A stretch of 64,000 nt of DNA, taken from positions 177-64,176 of the IMG/VR virus record IMGVR_UViG_3300031146_000002, one strand, 5' to 3'. Below the pieces are notes generated by a model, which made no database searches, was not told the origin of the DNA, and was given only the letters and a program-made list of their open reading frames with translations. This document shows positions 8,491-18,703 of the stretch, piece by piece; within the stretch, counting starts at the first letter, position 1; each line of letters begins with the position of its first letter. Source of the DNA: a virus. Both the position numbers and the translations under genes were made by a program.

Positions 8491-10332
8491 CTAGGTGACC
8501 GTGATGTTGGCGAACGAGAACTGGTTGCTGGCCGAAATAGTGGCGTACAGCGATACGTAGCCGCCGCGGTGCGTGGCGTCGTTGCCGACGACCGAGGATG
8601 AGCCGACGCGCTCTAGAGTCACCGAGGTCGGGGTCACTGTGAACCGAAGGGTCGCCGTGGAACCGACGGACAACGCCGGCGTCGAAGCGGTTCCGAGCGA
8701 GGAGGTCGATCCCGAGGTCAGCCGCTGCAGGACGAGCTGGCCGTTGACCCGAAGGAAGCCGATGTAGCCGGACAGGCTGCCGGATGCGTCGGTGGGGGCG
8801 GCGACGATCAAACCTGCATGGCTGGTGGTGTCGGAACTCGCGTCGACGCGAATGTCTACCTGCACCTGGTAGGTGCCCGTCGGTGACGGGACAGGGGAAA
8901 GCCACCCACACAGCCAATGGGCACCCCCGGCGGCGGCGGGGGGTGTCTGCCACCAGTTTGGTGGCACGAACTGGCCGCGGCCCGGGGCGCTCGACCCAGG
9001 GACGAAACCAGGTGGCCACGTTTGACCGTCGAACGTCAGGTTCGTGCGCCGGTACACAGATGGGGGAAGCCCGATGTATTGAGGCTCCCGGGTGAACATC
9101 CCGTGTACCCCTTCCGCCAGCACCTCGTCTCGGGCTACCTGACGGTCGATGGTCCATATCACGACGCGCATCCCAGCGGCCAGCAGCGTCGCGACGGTGT
9201 TCGTGGATGCAGCGGTCGACAGCCCGACCCACTGGATGCCGGCCGCGAGCAGGGCCGCTGGGTCCAGGCCAACCCCGTCGGTGTGGAGCAGCATGCAGGG
9301 GATACCGGCCGCGGCCGCCGGCGCCAGGTCGGCCAGGGTGAAGCTCTGGATGATGACGGTCTTCTCCCGACGGGACCTGACCACCTCGGCGGTCGCCTGC
9401 AAGACGGCATTGGCGGTCTGGCATTCGATCGCCAGCGGCACCTGCCCGCGCGTCAGTGCGAGGACTTCGCGGAGCGTGGGCACCGAGGTACGTGGCCACG
9501 TCGCCCCGAACCAGGTGTCGCAGTCCACGACGCGGCCTTTCAGGGCTGAGGAGTAGACCTGCCACGGGCTGCCCTCGAGCACCGTGTGGGTGTCCAGCGG
9601 GTCCACTACGCAAACGGGCACCCCGTCGATGGTCGGGTTACAGGTGACGTCGACCGGCATCCCAGCAGCCACCAGCGCGGCGACACCCTCGAGGGTGTTG
9701 TGGGGGTGGACGTTCTGCCCGGTTCGCGCGGCGAAGATCAGCGGCCACAGGTCGGGGTCGTCGACCAGGGCGGCGTGCCCTGGGTATCCAGGGCGCCACT
9801 TGCCGCTCGCGGCGTCATAGACGAGCGCGGTACCGCGCGGCGCCGGCGTCGGCACGTCGACGTCGGCCAGGTCAGTGAGTGAGCGCGCTCCAGTCGGTAG
9901 CGTCGGCAGCTGCGAGACCGGCACCCGTCCTGTGCTGTCCAGTGTGGCCAGTCCGTTCGGCTGCCCGATGGTGGCCGCGAACCCGACGAACTCGGATGCC
10001 GCTTCGGCCACCTGGTCCTCTACGTCTTCGGTGGCGTCGCTGGCGTCGGCCACGCGCGAGCCGGCGTCGACCGCCTCGACCAGGAACCGGCCGTAGCCGA
10101 AGTCCAGCAGCAGCCGGTCGGTGCCGTCGTCCGGGCCGAAGAAAGCCACCAGCGCGTCTTCGTCGGCGACCAGCACCCCACCCGGGATCGGGTGCCCGTC
10201 GAGGGTCTGGATGTCGGTGACCCGGGTGATGCCGTCGAGACGCCACACGGTGCCTTGCGCGCCCGGTTGCGCCGCGCCGGTGCGCGGGTCCTCGACGCGC
10301 GCGTCAGGGGTACCTCCGAAGGGTCTGCGCAT
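8491..10332 (-). CDS. Tail/receptor-binding protein 2 with GDPD-like domain
   Basis: IFAARTG..HPHNTLEG...VDVTCNPTIDGVPV, LAIECQT, VIIQSF, VVIWTID, GVHGMFT follow the GDPD barrel pattern. Confidence 0.75.
   Translation of the reverse strand: MRRPFGGTPDARVEDPRTGAAQPGAQGTVWRLDGITRVTDIQTLDGHPIPGGVLVADEDALVAFFGPDDGTDRLLLDFGYGRFLVEAVDAGSRVADASDATEDVEDQVAEAASEFVGFAATIGQPNGLATLDSTGRVPVSQLPTLPTGARSLTDLADVDVPTPAPRGTALVYDAASGKWRPGYPGHAALVDDPDLWPLIFAARTGQNVHPHNTLEGVAALVAAGMPVDVTCNPTIDGVPVCVVDPLDTHTVLEGSPWQVYSSALKGRVVDCDTWFGATWPRTSVPTLREVLALTRGQVPLAIECQTANAVLQATAEVVRSRREKTVIIQSFTLADLAPAAAAGIPCMLLHTDGVGLDPAALLAAGIQWVGLSTAASTNTVATLLAAGMRVVIWTIDRQVARDEVLAEGVHGMFTREPQYIGLPPSVYRRTNLTFDGQTWPPGFVPGSSAPGRGQFVPPNWWQTPPAAAGGAHWLCGWLSPVPSPTGTYQVQVDIRVDASSDTTSHAGLIVAAPTDASGSLSGYIGFLRVNGQLVLQRLTSGSTSSLGTASTPALSVGSTATLRFTVTPTSVTLERVGSSSVVGNDATHRGGYVSLYATISASNQFSFANITVT
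9212..9369. repeat. 158-bp identical direct repeat, copy 1 (copy 2 at 11091-11248)
   Basis: Compared base by base; no mismatch found. Confidence 0.9.
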
Positions 10333-10333
10333 C

Positions 10334-12190
10334 CTAGATCACCTCGATGCGGCGGATCGTGCCTTCCCAGTGGCCGCCCACGCCGACAAAGAAGTAGGGG
10401 CCGCGGCGAGGGGTGATGTCCCACTCGGACCAGACCAGCGGAAAGGAGCCATCTCGCTCCACCATCAGCTCGGTCGGCGTGACGATGATCGTCAGCGTGA
10501 CCAGCGCTCCCGTGACCATGCTTGGGGTGCGAAACGCCGGCCCCTCGGTCTCGACGCCAGCGTCGTAGCGCCGCCAGGCCAGTTCACCGTCGGCGTGCAG
10601 CACGAGCAGGTGATAGCCGTCAGTCTCCGACGGGGGCGACTCGATGATGTTGTCGGTTGGGCAGCAGAGCGCGATCGCGAACAGAGCATCGGCCAGGTCA
10701 GGGTCCGCCCCGTGGGTGAAGTTGGGCTCGAGCTCGATGACGATCGAGTACGGGCCTTGAGGCCGCGGTAACGGACAGGCCCAGCCCTGCAGCACGAACA
10801 CGGTCGAACTGTCGGTGGAGCGGACGAACCAGTGGCCGGAGGTCGTGAACGAGGTCCGGATCGGCGCGTTCGGCAGAGAGCGGAGGCCGTGGATGCGGCT
10901 TCGGCCGGCGAACGGCGCTTCTGGCAGCCGGTAGCTCGTCGTGTCGTGGTTGAAGTAGACAGGCTCGGCTGTGAAGAGGGCGTGGACGCCTCGAGACAGC
11001 CACAGCTCACGGTCGGTGTGGAGCCGGATGGTGTAGATCGCGACCCGTAGCCCGCCCGCGATCAGATCCGCCACCGTGTCGGCCGAAGCCGCGGTCGACA
11101 GCCCGACCCACTGGATGCCGGCCGCGAGCAGGGCCGCTGGGTCCAGGCCAACCCCGTCGGTGTGGAGCAGCATGCAGGGGATACCGGCCGCGGCCGCCGG
11201 CGCCAGGTCGGCCAGGGTGAAGCTCTGGATGATGACGGTCTTCTCCCGGTTTCGCCGTAGGACGACCTGCGTGGCCTTGGCGACCGCGGCCGCCGACTGG
11301 CACTCGATCGTGACGATCACCCGGCCACCGGTGACGCGCAGTATGTCGTCCAGCGTTGGGATGGCTCGGGCGGTGTCGTACACGCCGACATCGAGGTTCG
11401 GTCGGATGGTCGAGAGCAGCGCCGCGTAGTAGTAGCTCTCGGGGTTAGTAATGCTGAACCCGCCGGGGATGGGGTTGACCGTGCAGACCGCTACCCCGTC
11501 CGCGGTGACGTTGCAGGTCACGTCGACCGCGATCCCGGCCGCGGCGAGGGCGGCCGCGCCAGCGAGGCTGTTCGCCGGGTAGACCGGTTCCCCGGTGCGT
11601 GAGGCGATGATGAGCGGGCTCGGCGGGTTCGCGACGCGAGCGACGGTTCCAGCCCGGCCAGGGGTCCACTTACCGAGCGAGGCCGAGTAAGCCAGTGGCG
11701 TGCTGTCGGCGGGCGGCTCGGTGATCTCCACGTCCAGGAAGGCACTGAGCTCGTCGGCAGCAACCGGGAACGGGGGTAGGTATCGGCGAGGAATCAGACC
11801 GTCGCCGTCGAGCGGCACCAGACCGCGAGACTGCCCAACGGACCCCTCAATCGCATCGAGCTCGCTCTGGATCGCGGCGACGTCGTTGGTGAGCACCGTC
11901 GTGGCCGCTGCGAGCTGGTCGACGGTCTCGTCCAAGTCGGTGGCGTGTAGCAGCACCCGGCCATGACCCCAGTCGGCGATGAGCTTCTGCACCCCGTCGG
12001 GCCCGAGGAATGTGAACCGGCCCAGCTGGTCGGCGGTGACCACCTGGATCGGGGTGCCGTCCGGTGTCTGCAGGTCGGTGATCTGCTGGCCGGCGAGGTC
12101 CCGGATGATGACGGTGGCGCCAGGGATTACGGCCCCGTCCGGGCCGGTTACCACCGCGTCGGGCCCGCCTCCGAATGGATGCCTAGCCAT
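10334..12190 (-). CDS. Tail/receptor-binding protein 1 with GDPD-like domain
   Basis: IIASRTG..YPANSLAG...VDVTCNVTADGV; paralogous N-terminus. Confidence 0.75.
   Translation of the reverse strand: MARHPFGGGPDAVVTGPDGAVIPGATVIIRDLAGQQITDLQTPDGTPIQVVTADQLGRFTFLGPDGVQKLIADWGHGRVLLHATDLDETVDQLAAATTVLTNDVAAIQSELDAIEGSVGQSRGLVPLDGDGLIPRRYLPPFPVAADELSAFLDVEITEPPADSTPLAYSASLGKWTPGRAGTVARVANPPSPLIIASRTGEPVYPANSLAGAAALAAAGIAVDVTCNVTADGVAVCTVNPIPGGFSITNPESYYYAALLSTIRPNLDVGVYDTARAIPTLDDILRVTGGRVIVTIECQSAAAVAKATQVVLRRNREKTVIIQSFTLADLAPAAAAGIPCMLLHTDGVGLDPAALLAAGIQWVGLSTAASADTVADLIAGGLRVAIYTIRLHTDRELWLSRGVHALFTAEPVYFNHDTTSYRLPEAPFAGRSRIHGLRSLPNAPIRTSFTTSGHWFVRSTDSSTVFVLQGWACPLPRPQGPYSIVIELEPNFTHGADPDLADALFAIALCCPTDNIIESPPSETDGYHLLVLHADGELAWRRYDAGVETEGPAFRTPSMVTGALVTLTIIVTPTELMVERDGSFPLVWSEWDITPRRGPYFFVGVGGHWEGTIRRIEVI
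11091..11248. repeat. 158-bp identical direct repeat, copy 2
   Basis: Identical to 9212-9369. Confidence 0.9.
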
Positions 12191-12821
12191 AGCGCCTCAC
12201 CTTGATGATCGGGATGAGCCCGCTCGGGGTGCTGGCCAACAGGTTCGGCAGATTGAAGGTCGACGTCCCGTTGCCGCTCCCGAAGCTGGTGCCGACCAGG
12301 CCGAACAGCTCTGAGTACTCGGCACGGCTGATCTCCGCACCGTCGCAGATCGCCCAGGTCGAGGGTGCGCTCGAGCCAGCGAAGTACTGGACCGACCCGA
12401 CGGGGGCGAAGTCAAGCCTCGCCCACAGGCCGAGCCCGGTAGGGCTCTCGCCGAGCACCGGGTTGCCGGCGGCGTCGACGAACATCCACAGCGGCGTGTT
12501 GGCGTCTGGCTGCCGTTCGTACATGACGAAGATCGGCGGCGCCGATGCACCGCCAGGGCGGCGGATCTGCAGGATCGGCCTGTGCTGAGGGTCGGGCCAT
12601 GGCGGTGCGGACGAGTCGTCACCGCCGCCGGTGGCAAACCTGGTCTGCCCGCCGGAGTCGGTCACTAGCATCACGCCGCCGCGCACCAAGAGCTTGGACC
12701 CGGCGTCCACCGCCTGGGTGCCGCGGCCGCCGGCCTCGAGCCGGGTAACACGCTGCTGCAGCTCCTGGAACCGCTCCAGAAGCAGCGCGAGCGTGTCGGA
12801 CGGACGGTTGTAGCCGGGCAC
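12183..12821 (-). CDS. Minor tail protein with tail collar domain
   Basis: PVGSVQYFAGSSAPSTWAICDGAEISRAEYSELFGLVGTSFGSGNGTSTFNLPNL. Confidence 0.9.
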   Translation of the reverse strand: MPGYNRPSDTLALLLERFQELQQRVTRLEAGGRGTQAVDAGSKLLVRGGVMLVTDSGGQTRFATGGGDDSSAPPWPDPQHRPILQIRRPGGASAPPIFVMYERQPDANTPLWMFVDAAGNPVLGESPTGLGLWARLDFAPVGSVQYFAGSSAPSTWAICDGAEISRAEYSELFGLVGTSFGSGNGTSTFNLPNLLASTPSGLIPIIKVRRYG

Positions 12822-13940
12822 CTACATCACCTCCGGGGGTCCGACTGAGATGGGCGCCATCGTGAGGACCACCTCGCGCACCGCGTCGCGGCTGGCCGGT
12901 GTGACCTGTACCTGCACGACCCGGAAGTAGCTGTCCACTCCTGGCCTGCCGCCAGGGCCGGGCAGGTGGTAGCAGGACGTCAACCGGACCCGGGCGAAGT
13001 CGCCGGGCAGGATCTTGCCCGGGGCCGGGGCGTGTTCCCCTCGTAGGGTGATGACTGGCACGACCCGATTGCCGAGCGCGATGCGGAGATCCTCGGCGGC
13101 GTGCGCCGCCAACGTCTCCGGTTCGATGACGTCGAGGTAGCTGGATATCCCGTCGAGCTGGGGGTAGCCAGCATCGGTCTCGGTGGTGTCGATGGCGGAC
13201 GCAATGAGCTGGCCCGAGCCGGTGCCTGCACCGAGCGCGAGCCAGTGGTTCGCGCTCGAGGCTCCGTCGCTGGGCCACCGGTACTCGGCGATGTTGCCCG
13301 CGAGGGGCTGGCCGGGGATCTCCCGGTACCAGAGCAGTTGCGGGTAGACCCGACCCAGGAACGGGTAGCCGAGCCGCAACGCCCACGTCGGCCGCTGCTG
13401 CGCGTCGTAGGCGAACTCCTCGCGCAGGTCGAATCCGTTCTCGACTCGAGACAGCTCGGCGATCGCTTCCCCGACGTATTTATTGATCGCGTACGATCGA
13501 TCCCGCTTGACGCCGCTGTCGGTGTCGGGGCGCACCTGGAGGTGAATGTCTCCGGCGGAGGCGCCCTGTACCGCGTCAACGAGAGTCCGAACGATTTCGA
13601 ACTGGTCGATGTTCTCGAACTGGGTGTTCTCAGGGATGCGCCGCCGGTCGAGGTAGGACAGCGGGCCTGCCGCGGAGACGCGGAGCGTGCGACTCCGGAG
13701 GTTCGGTTCGGTCGTCCAAACAATGCCACCGGCGACGAGAACCTCGTCCTCCTCGATCCACAGCACTGACTTCCGCTCAGGAAGGAGCGGGACTGGGTGG
13801 TCCGGTGCGTCGAGGCTGACCTCTCCCTCGATGACCGTCGGCGCGCCCAGGCTTAGCGTGTACCGGCGGATGCTCATGGGCAGGCTGTGGCACAGCTTGC
13901 GCTGGGTGAGCAGGTCAGATGTCCAGACCCTCATGGGCAT
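12822..13940 (-). CDS. Minor tail/baseplate hub protein (ReqiPepy6 Gp37-like)
   Basis: Position after Dit; LVAGGIVW, LSYLDRR, DQFEIVRTLV, YPQLDG motifs. Confidence 0.75.
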   Translation of the reverse strand: MPMRVWTSDLLTQRKLCHSLPMSIRRYTLSLGAPTVIEGEVSLDAPDHPVPLLPERKSVLWIEEDEVLVAGGIVWTTEPNLRSRTLRVSAAGPLSYLDRRRIPENTQFENIDQFEIVRTLVDAVQGASAGDIHLQVRPDTDSGVKRDRSYAINKYVGEAIAELSRVENGFDLREEFAYDAQQRPTWALRLGYPFLGRVYPQLLWYREIPGQPLAGNIAEYRWPSDGASSANHWLALGAGTGSGQLIASAIDTTETDAGYPQLDGISSYLDVIEPETLAAHAAEDLRIALGNRVVPVITLRGEHAPAPGKILPGDFARVRLTSCYHLPGPGGRPGVDSYFRVVQVQVTPASRDAVREVVLTMAPISVGPPEVM

Positions 13941-13943
13941 GGC

Positions 13944-14879
13944 TCACCTGCCCGCGGGCTGGACGATGATGCGTCGTTCGGCGATCGAGCATAGGGTGGA
14001 GGGGTCGTCAACCCTGGCCACGCCGGTGACCGAGTACTCCTCGCCCGGGGTCAAACCGGTGACCAGGAACGAGTTGGCCTTCTGGTCTCCGCCATCGATC
14101 AGGTCGGACACCTCGCTGGTCCTCACAGCGTCGCGGGAGTTCGGCAGGCGCTGGTAGGAGAGGGGACCGTCGATGCGCGCGGAGAACGCGACCCAGCCGC
14201 CGCCGGCGAGAAGCCGAAGCCGGGCAGCGACCGTCACCAAGACCTGCCCTTCCGGTGGCGCGACAAAGACGCCTTGGGGACCACCGGCCAGCGGAGCCCA
14301 GGTCTCCGAGGTTGTTGACTCCGGGGTGTCGCTCGTGAACTCGACGGTCAGCGACGACGGGGGTAGCTCGATGCCGGCCAGCCACCGGCGACGGTCCACG
14401 ATGGTCGTCGGTTCGGTGGCGCCGGCGCCGACGAGCACCTCGGCGAGGATCTCGCTGTTCGGGGGTGGTGTGGGGGCGGCGGGGAGCGCTGCCGGGGTGC
14501 CGGTCACTGGCTCGACGGTGTAGGTGGTGCTGCCGGCGTTGTCGACCACCCGCGCCACGATGAGGTCGAGCCGGTCGAACGACGGATCTGCCGGGGTGAG
14601 CGCCTCCTCTGCCTGTGCCGTCAGCGCCACCGCGTAGCCAGCCTGCGTGCCCGTCTCGGTGCCAGGGATGATCGCCAAAAACGGGTTGATACGGACGGCC
14701 AACCCGGCTGGCGCGGCGGTCACCAGCCCCGGGTGGCCGGGCGTCCAGCGGATTCCTCCGCGCACACCGATGGGGGAGTCGCCGGCGACGAACACGCCGA
14801 GCGCCAGCAGTCGCAGCGCCTCAGCGTTGATGGGCTGCGGCTGGCCATCGACCCAGACGCCCGTGAGTGCAGTAGGCAT
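13944..14879 (-). CDS. Minor tail protein
   Basis: ADPSFDRLDLIVARV...GTPAA.PAAP.PPPNSEILAEVLV, typical of actinophage minor tails; start revised. Confidence 0.75.
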   Translation of the reverse strand: MPTALTGVWVDGQPQPINAEALRLLALGVFVAGDSPIGVRGGIRWTPGHPGLVTAAPAGLAVRINPFLAIIPGTETGTQAGYAVALTAQAEEALTPADPSFDRLDLIVARVVDNAGSTTYTVEPVTGTPAALPAAPTPPPNSEILAEVLVGAGATEPTTIVDRRRWLAGIELPPSSLTVEFTSDTPESTTSETWAPLAGGPQGVFVAPPEGQVLVTVAARLRLLAGGGWVAFSARIDGPLSYQRLPNSRDAVRTSEVSDLIDGGDQKANSFLVTGLTPGEEYSVTGVARVDDPSTLCSIAERRIIVQPAGR

Positions 14880-14881
14880 GA

Positions 14882-15784
14882 TCAGCTCCAGCAGGGGTAG
14901 GCGGTCATGGACAGACGCGGGTGGCCGGTGGTCGTCCCTGCGAACCGGATTGCGTTGCGGCCCTGGGCGAGCAGCCACCAGTCGGTGCCGTAGGTAATCC
15001 AGCCCGATCGGTCGCCACCGGCTTGGTCACGCACCTGGCCGGTCGAGGCATCCAGGCGCAGGTATTCCCCGGCGCGAAGGGTGAGGCTGAGCTCGAGCAC
15101 TGCCCCGGTGGTGTCGTTGACGATGCGCGGGTTGGTGACCGGCCCGGTGATGATGGCGGTCCACGGGGCCGGCATGCTGCCGATGTTGTCGATGAGCAGG
15201 TGACCGGCGCCGCCAGGCGAGCCGAGCACGATCGGCAGCGTGATTGGCAGCGTGAGCCCAGGGCCCGGGCCGGTTGAGATTCCTACCTCCCCGGTCGCCG
15301 GGTATAGGCCGTACCGGCGAGCATCGGGGGCCAGCAGCGACACCTGGGCGGTGGCAGTGCGGGGGTTTGGCTTGTCGACGAGCAGCTGGCCGGTCCGCCG
15401 GACCAGCGCCCAGGTCGGCTGCGGTTTTGAGTCGACCACGAGTCGGGCGGTCGGGGTGAACGGGACCGCGGCCTCGAGTTGGGCGAGCGCAACGTCCCGG
15501 CGTTCCTCGTCGGGCGCGCTGATGGTGATGGTCAGCCGGATGGTCCGGCCAGTCATGTAAGCCGGTCCGGCCCACACGCCGTGGTCGGTCGGTTTGTTGG
15601 TGGTGGTCCCGCCGGCTTCTGGCGAATCCCACCAGCCGTCAAGGTCGGTGAGCACCCAGGCGACGTGGTTGGCGTCGACCTCGCCGACCACGATGTCGCC
15701 GAGCCGGGCCCACGTGTGGCCGAGCCTCATGCCGACCGGGAGACCCGGCCCTGACGATGCAGGTGGGGCGGAGAGGATGGGCAC
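14882..15784 (-). CDS. Distal tail protein (Dit-like)
   Basis: Directly after tape measure; beta-rich; GPVTNPRIVN, WWLLAQGRN. Confidence 0.75.
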   Translation of the reverse strand: MPILSAPPASSGPGLPVGMRLGHTWARLGDIVVGEVDANHVAWVLTDLDGWWDSPEAGGTTTNKPTDHGVWAGPAYMTGRTIRLTITISAPDEERRDVALAQLEAAVPFTPTARLVVDSKPQPTWALVRRTGQLLVDKPNPRTATAQVSLLAPDARRYGLYPATGEVGISTGPGPGLTLPITLPIVLGSPGGAGHLLIDNIGSMPAPWTAIITGPVTNPRIVNDTTGAVLELSLTLRAGEYLRLDASTGQVRDQAGGDRSGWITYGTDWWLLAQGRNAIRFAGTTTGHPRLSMTAYPCWS

Positions 15785-18703
15785 CTATCCTGCCCTCCTC
15801 ATCTCCCAGGCGATTCGGGCTCCCAGCATCTCTAGTTGCTCCTCCGCGGTCAGGTGTGACCCGTGGAGGTGGATGTTGGTCTGGTGACCGGCTTGTGTCG
15901 CGGTCGGTGCCATCGCGAACGGTCCGGTCAGCGTCGCCGCGAGGTTCTCGATCGTCGCGGCCAGCCCGCTTCGGCTGTCCTCGAGGCCGAGCCGGAGGCC
16001 AGCGCCGATCTGCTGGCCGAACTCCCTGAACAATCGGCTCGGCGAGCGGATGCCGAACACGGCCCGAACCTGAGATGCCAGGCCGTTGGCGATGCTCTTG
16101 CCGGTCGACCAGAGGTCCTGGGCTCGCGACCACAGGCCGCTGATGAGCGACGAGATGATGTTTCGGCCGATGGTCCAGAACGAGCTGGCCAGGCTCGCCG
16201 CGGCGCCACGCAGCGAGTCGAACAGCGACCGGCCCACCTGGAGCGCTGTCGCAAGGCCACTCCCCAGCCCGCTTGCCAGCCGGTCCACCCAGTCACGGAC
16301 GGTCCGGAGCGCGCTTCCGACCCCGCCGAGCAGCGTGTTGATCAAGTTGAGGGCGCCGTTGACAACATCGAGGGCGGTCTTGAGCGCCCAGAATGCGAAG
16401 GCGAGTGGACCAACCTTCACGTTGGCTTCCAGCATCAGCTGGATGAGCAGGAGGAAGGCGTCCAGCAGGCTGTACCCGGACGGGCCCTTCTCGGTGAATG
16501 CGGTGAGGAGTCTGGTGACGCTGACGATCAGCTGGACGATCGTCGGCAGAAGCTGGAGGAACGCCGGCAGCAGCTGCCTGACCGCCACGATGGCGAGTTC
16601 GGCGACCATGGGCGACAGCGGCACCAGCGCCAAGGCCAGGTCAAGGAACGCCTGGAAGAGCGTCGGGATGTGAGGGATCAGCTGCCGCACGGCGTCCAAG
16701 AGCGCCCCACCGACCTCACGGGCGAGTTCGAAGAAGAGCGGCACCAGTGGGCGCGCGGCGGCGATGAACTGCGGCAGGTACCGAAGAAGCTGGCTGATCA
16801 GCGTCCGGGTGAGCTCGAACAGCAGCGGCTGCAGCTCCTCGAACGCGCCGATCAGTTCGCGGGCGGCCTGCTGAGCGAACGCCGTCACCAGCGGGATCAG
16901 CGGCCGTAGAGCCGCCGATACCTGGCGCATCATCTCCGCGAACTGGTCGAGAGCCCGCGATTCCAGGAGCGCCTTCAGTAGCTCGTCGAGGAATGCCGAT
17001 GCCAGCGCGGAGACGAGCTCAATGACTGGCGCGAGGAGCATCGCGAGGGCGGCGAGGCTCTGCGCCAGCCCGACCAGCAGAACCGCGGCGAGCTTGCCGA
17101 TCACGGGCAGCAGAGGCGCCAGCGCCCGCATGATTTCGCCGAGGGCCCGACCGACAGGCTCGGCGGCCGGTACGAGTGCGTAGAGCGCGTCAGCGACGGC
17201 CTCGGCGAAAACGACGAGCCCGGGAAGGGCAGACTTGAGGAGCTCGACGAGGATCACCGCGATCGGCCGCAAGATCTCGCCGAAGACCGCGCCCAGCTGG
17301 CCGATCGCGGGCGCCATTTCCTGCAGCCCGCGACCCAGGATGTCGAGGACAGAGACCAGGGCTGGCGCGACGCCGGTAACAAGGGAGGCGATCGCCGGCG
17401 CGAGCCCGTTGGCGATCGCGTTGACGAGCGCGATGAAGACAGGGGTGGCCTGCTCGCCGAGGTCCTCGAGCGCGTAGAAGAAGTTGAGGAGTGCCGCCTG
17501 GCCCTCGACGGAGTTGGCCCAGTTGGCGAAGGCGCCAGTGATGGCCACGAGAGCGCCGAGCGCACCGCCCGGTCCGGCCGCCTTGTTGGCCGCCTCCAGG
17601 ATCGCGCCGACGCCGCTGGCGACGTTGCCGATGACCCGGCCGAGCTGCTTGAGGACCTCGAGGCCCTCCTCGATCCACTCCCGCAGCTGGCCGGTTTCCT
17701 TGGCGTGGCGGACGAACTCGGCCGCCGCCTGGGCTGCCAGATGGAAGCCCATGGTTGAGTCGGCCAGGATGTCCCCGCCGACCTCGGAGATGTCGAGGAA
17801 GATCTGCAGCATCGGGCCGAGGCCCGACAGCAGGTTGTCGACGAGCTCTTTGCCGTTGATGAGGACGCGGAAGAACGAGTTCTTGGTGGCCTCGGTGTCG
17901 ATGTACTCGAGGGCTCGGCGGAGGCGGTAGTTGATGACCCCGGCGGTGGCCGTGAGAGCAATCTGCAGCTCCGGCAGGAACGAGGTGGCGAGCCTGGCGA
18001 CGCTCTCACCGAGGCCGTTGAAGAGCCGCTCTTGGACGTCAAGCCTCAGCTGGGTGAAGGCCGGAGCGAGTTCGGAGATGCGCAGCACGAAATCGCGCGC
18101 AGCAGGGGAGAGCCGCTCGAGGGCCTCCGCCAGGCGCTCCTGCTCGGCGGCGGACAGCTTCCCGCCGGCGGCCAAGGTGGCGTAGGCGGAGAAGGTCTCC
18201 TTGAGCGCATCGCCGACACCCTGGACACCGACCGCCAGCGTGGCGAACAGGCCAATGACCGTCGTCAGAGCGGCGGGAAGAATCCCGAGCGCCTGCCAAG
18301 CCGGGATGACGGCGCCGGCGAAGGCGAGCAGGTTCGCTGCACTCGCCGCGAGCCAGGTCACCAGCACGGACAGGCCGGAGACGATGCCTCCGATGAGGAC
18401 TGTCCGGGTCAGGACGCCGCCGGCCGTTCGGAGCGCGCTCAGGAGACCATTGATGGCTGTGCGGGCCGGGTTGGTGTCAGCGTCGACGCGGATGGTTGCC
18501 CGGGTGGTACGTGAGACGGTCTGGGCAGCGGCGTACGCCTCGGACAGGAACGGTGACGTGTTGGCCCTGGTGTCGATGACCGCGCGAATCAGGGCCGCCG
18601 CGCGGTTGACACCGCGGCGCAGCTCCGCGGCGAATCCGCGGAGCTGCGCAACGACCGAGATTTCTAGCCTGCCGGCTTCCTCGGTGTCACCCGGCTGGGT
18701 CAC
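15785..18703 (-). CDS. Tape measure protein
   Basis: 972 aa, Ala/Leu-rich helical; SPSRLFREFG near the C-terminus; follows chaperones. Confidence 0.92.
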   Translation of the reverse strand: MTQPGDTEEAGRLEISVVAQLRGFAAELRRGVNRAAALIRAVIDTRANTSPFLSEAYAAAQTVSRTTRATIRVDADTNPARTAINGLLSALRTAGGVLTRTVLIGGIVSGLSVLVTWLAASAANLLAFAGAVIPAWQALGILPAALTTVIGLFATLAVGVQGVGDALKETFSAYATLAAGGKLSAAEQERLAEALERLSPAARDFVLRISELAPAFTQLRLDVQERLFNGLGESVARLATSFLPELQIALTATAGVINYRLRRALEYIDTEATKNSFFRVLINGKELVDNLLSGLGPMLQIFLDISEVGGDILADSTMGFHLAAQAAAEFVRHAKETGQLREWIEEGLEVLKQLGRVIGNVASGVGAILEAANKAAGPGGALGALVAITGAFANWANSVEGQAALLNFFYALEDLGEQATPVFIALVNAIANGLAPAIASLVTGVAPALVSVLDILGRGLQEMAPAIGQLGAVFGEILRPIAVILVELLKSALPGLVVFAEAVADALYALVPAAEPVGRALGEIMRALAPLLPVIGKLAAVLLVGLAQSLAALAMLLAPVIELVSALASAFLDELLKALLESRALDQFAEMMRQVSAALRPLIPLVTAFAQQAARELIGAFEELQPLLFELTRTLISQLLRYLPQFIAAARPLVPLFFELAREVGGALLDAVRQLIPHIPTLFQAFLDLALALVPLSPMVAELAIVAVRQLLPAFLQLLPTIVQLIVSVTRLLTAFTEKGPSGYSLLDAFLLLIQLMLEANVKVGPLAFAFWALKTALDVVNGALNLINTLLGGVGSALRTVRDWVDRLASGLGSGLATALQVGRSLFDSLRGAAASLASSFWTIGRNIISSLISGLWSRAQDLWSTGKSIANGLASQVRAVFGIRSPSRLFREFGQQIGAGLRLGLEDSRSGLAATIENLAATLTGPFAMAPTATQAGHQTNIHLHGSHLTAEEQLEMLGARIAWEMRRAG

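Noticed and set aside
4213-12190. Diversity-generating retroelement explanation for repeats in tail genes
   Set aside because: No reverse transcriptase in the window. The 158-bp repeat is identical, and the third cassette differs at all base types rather than only adenines.
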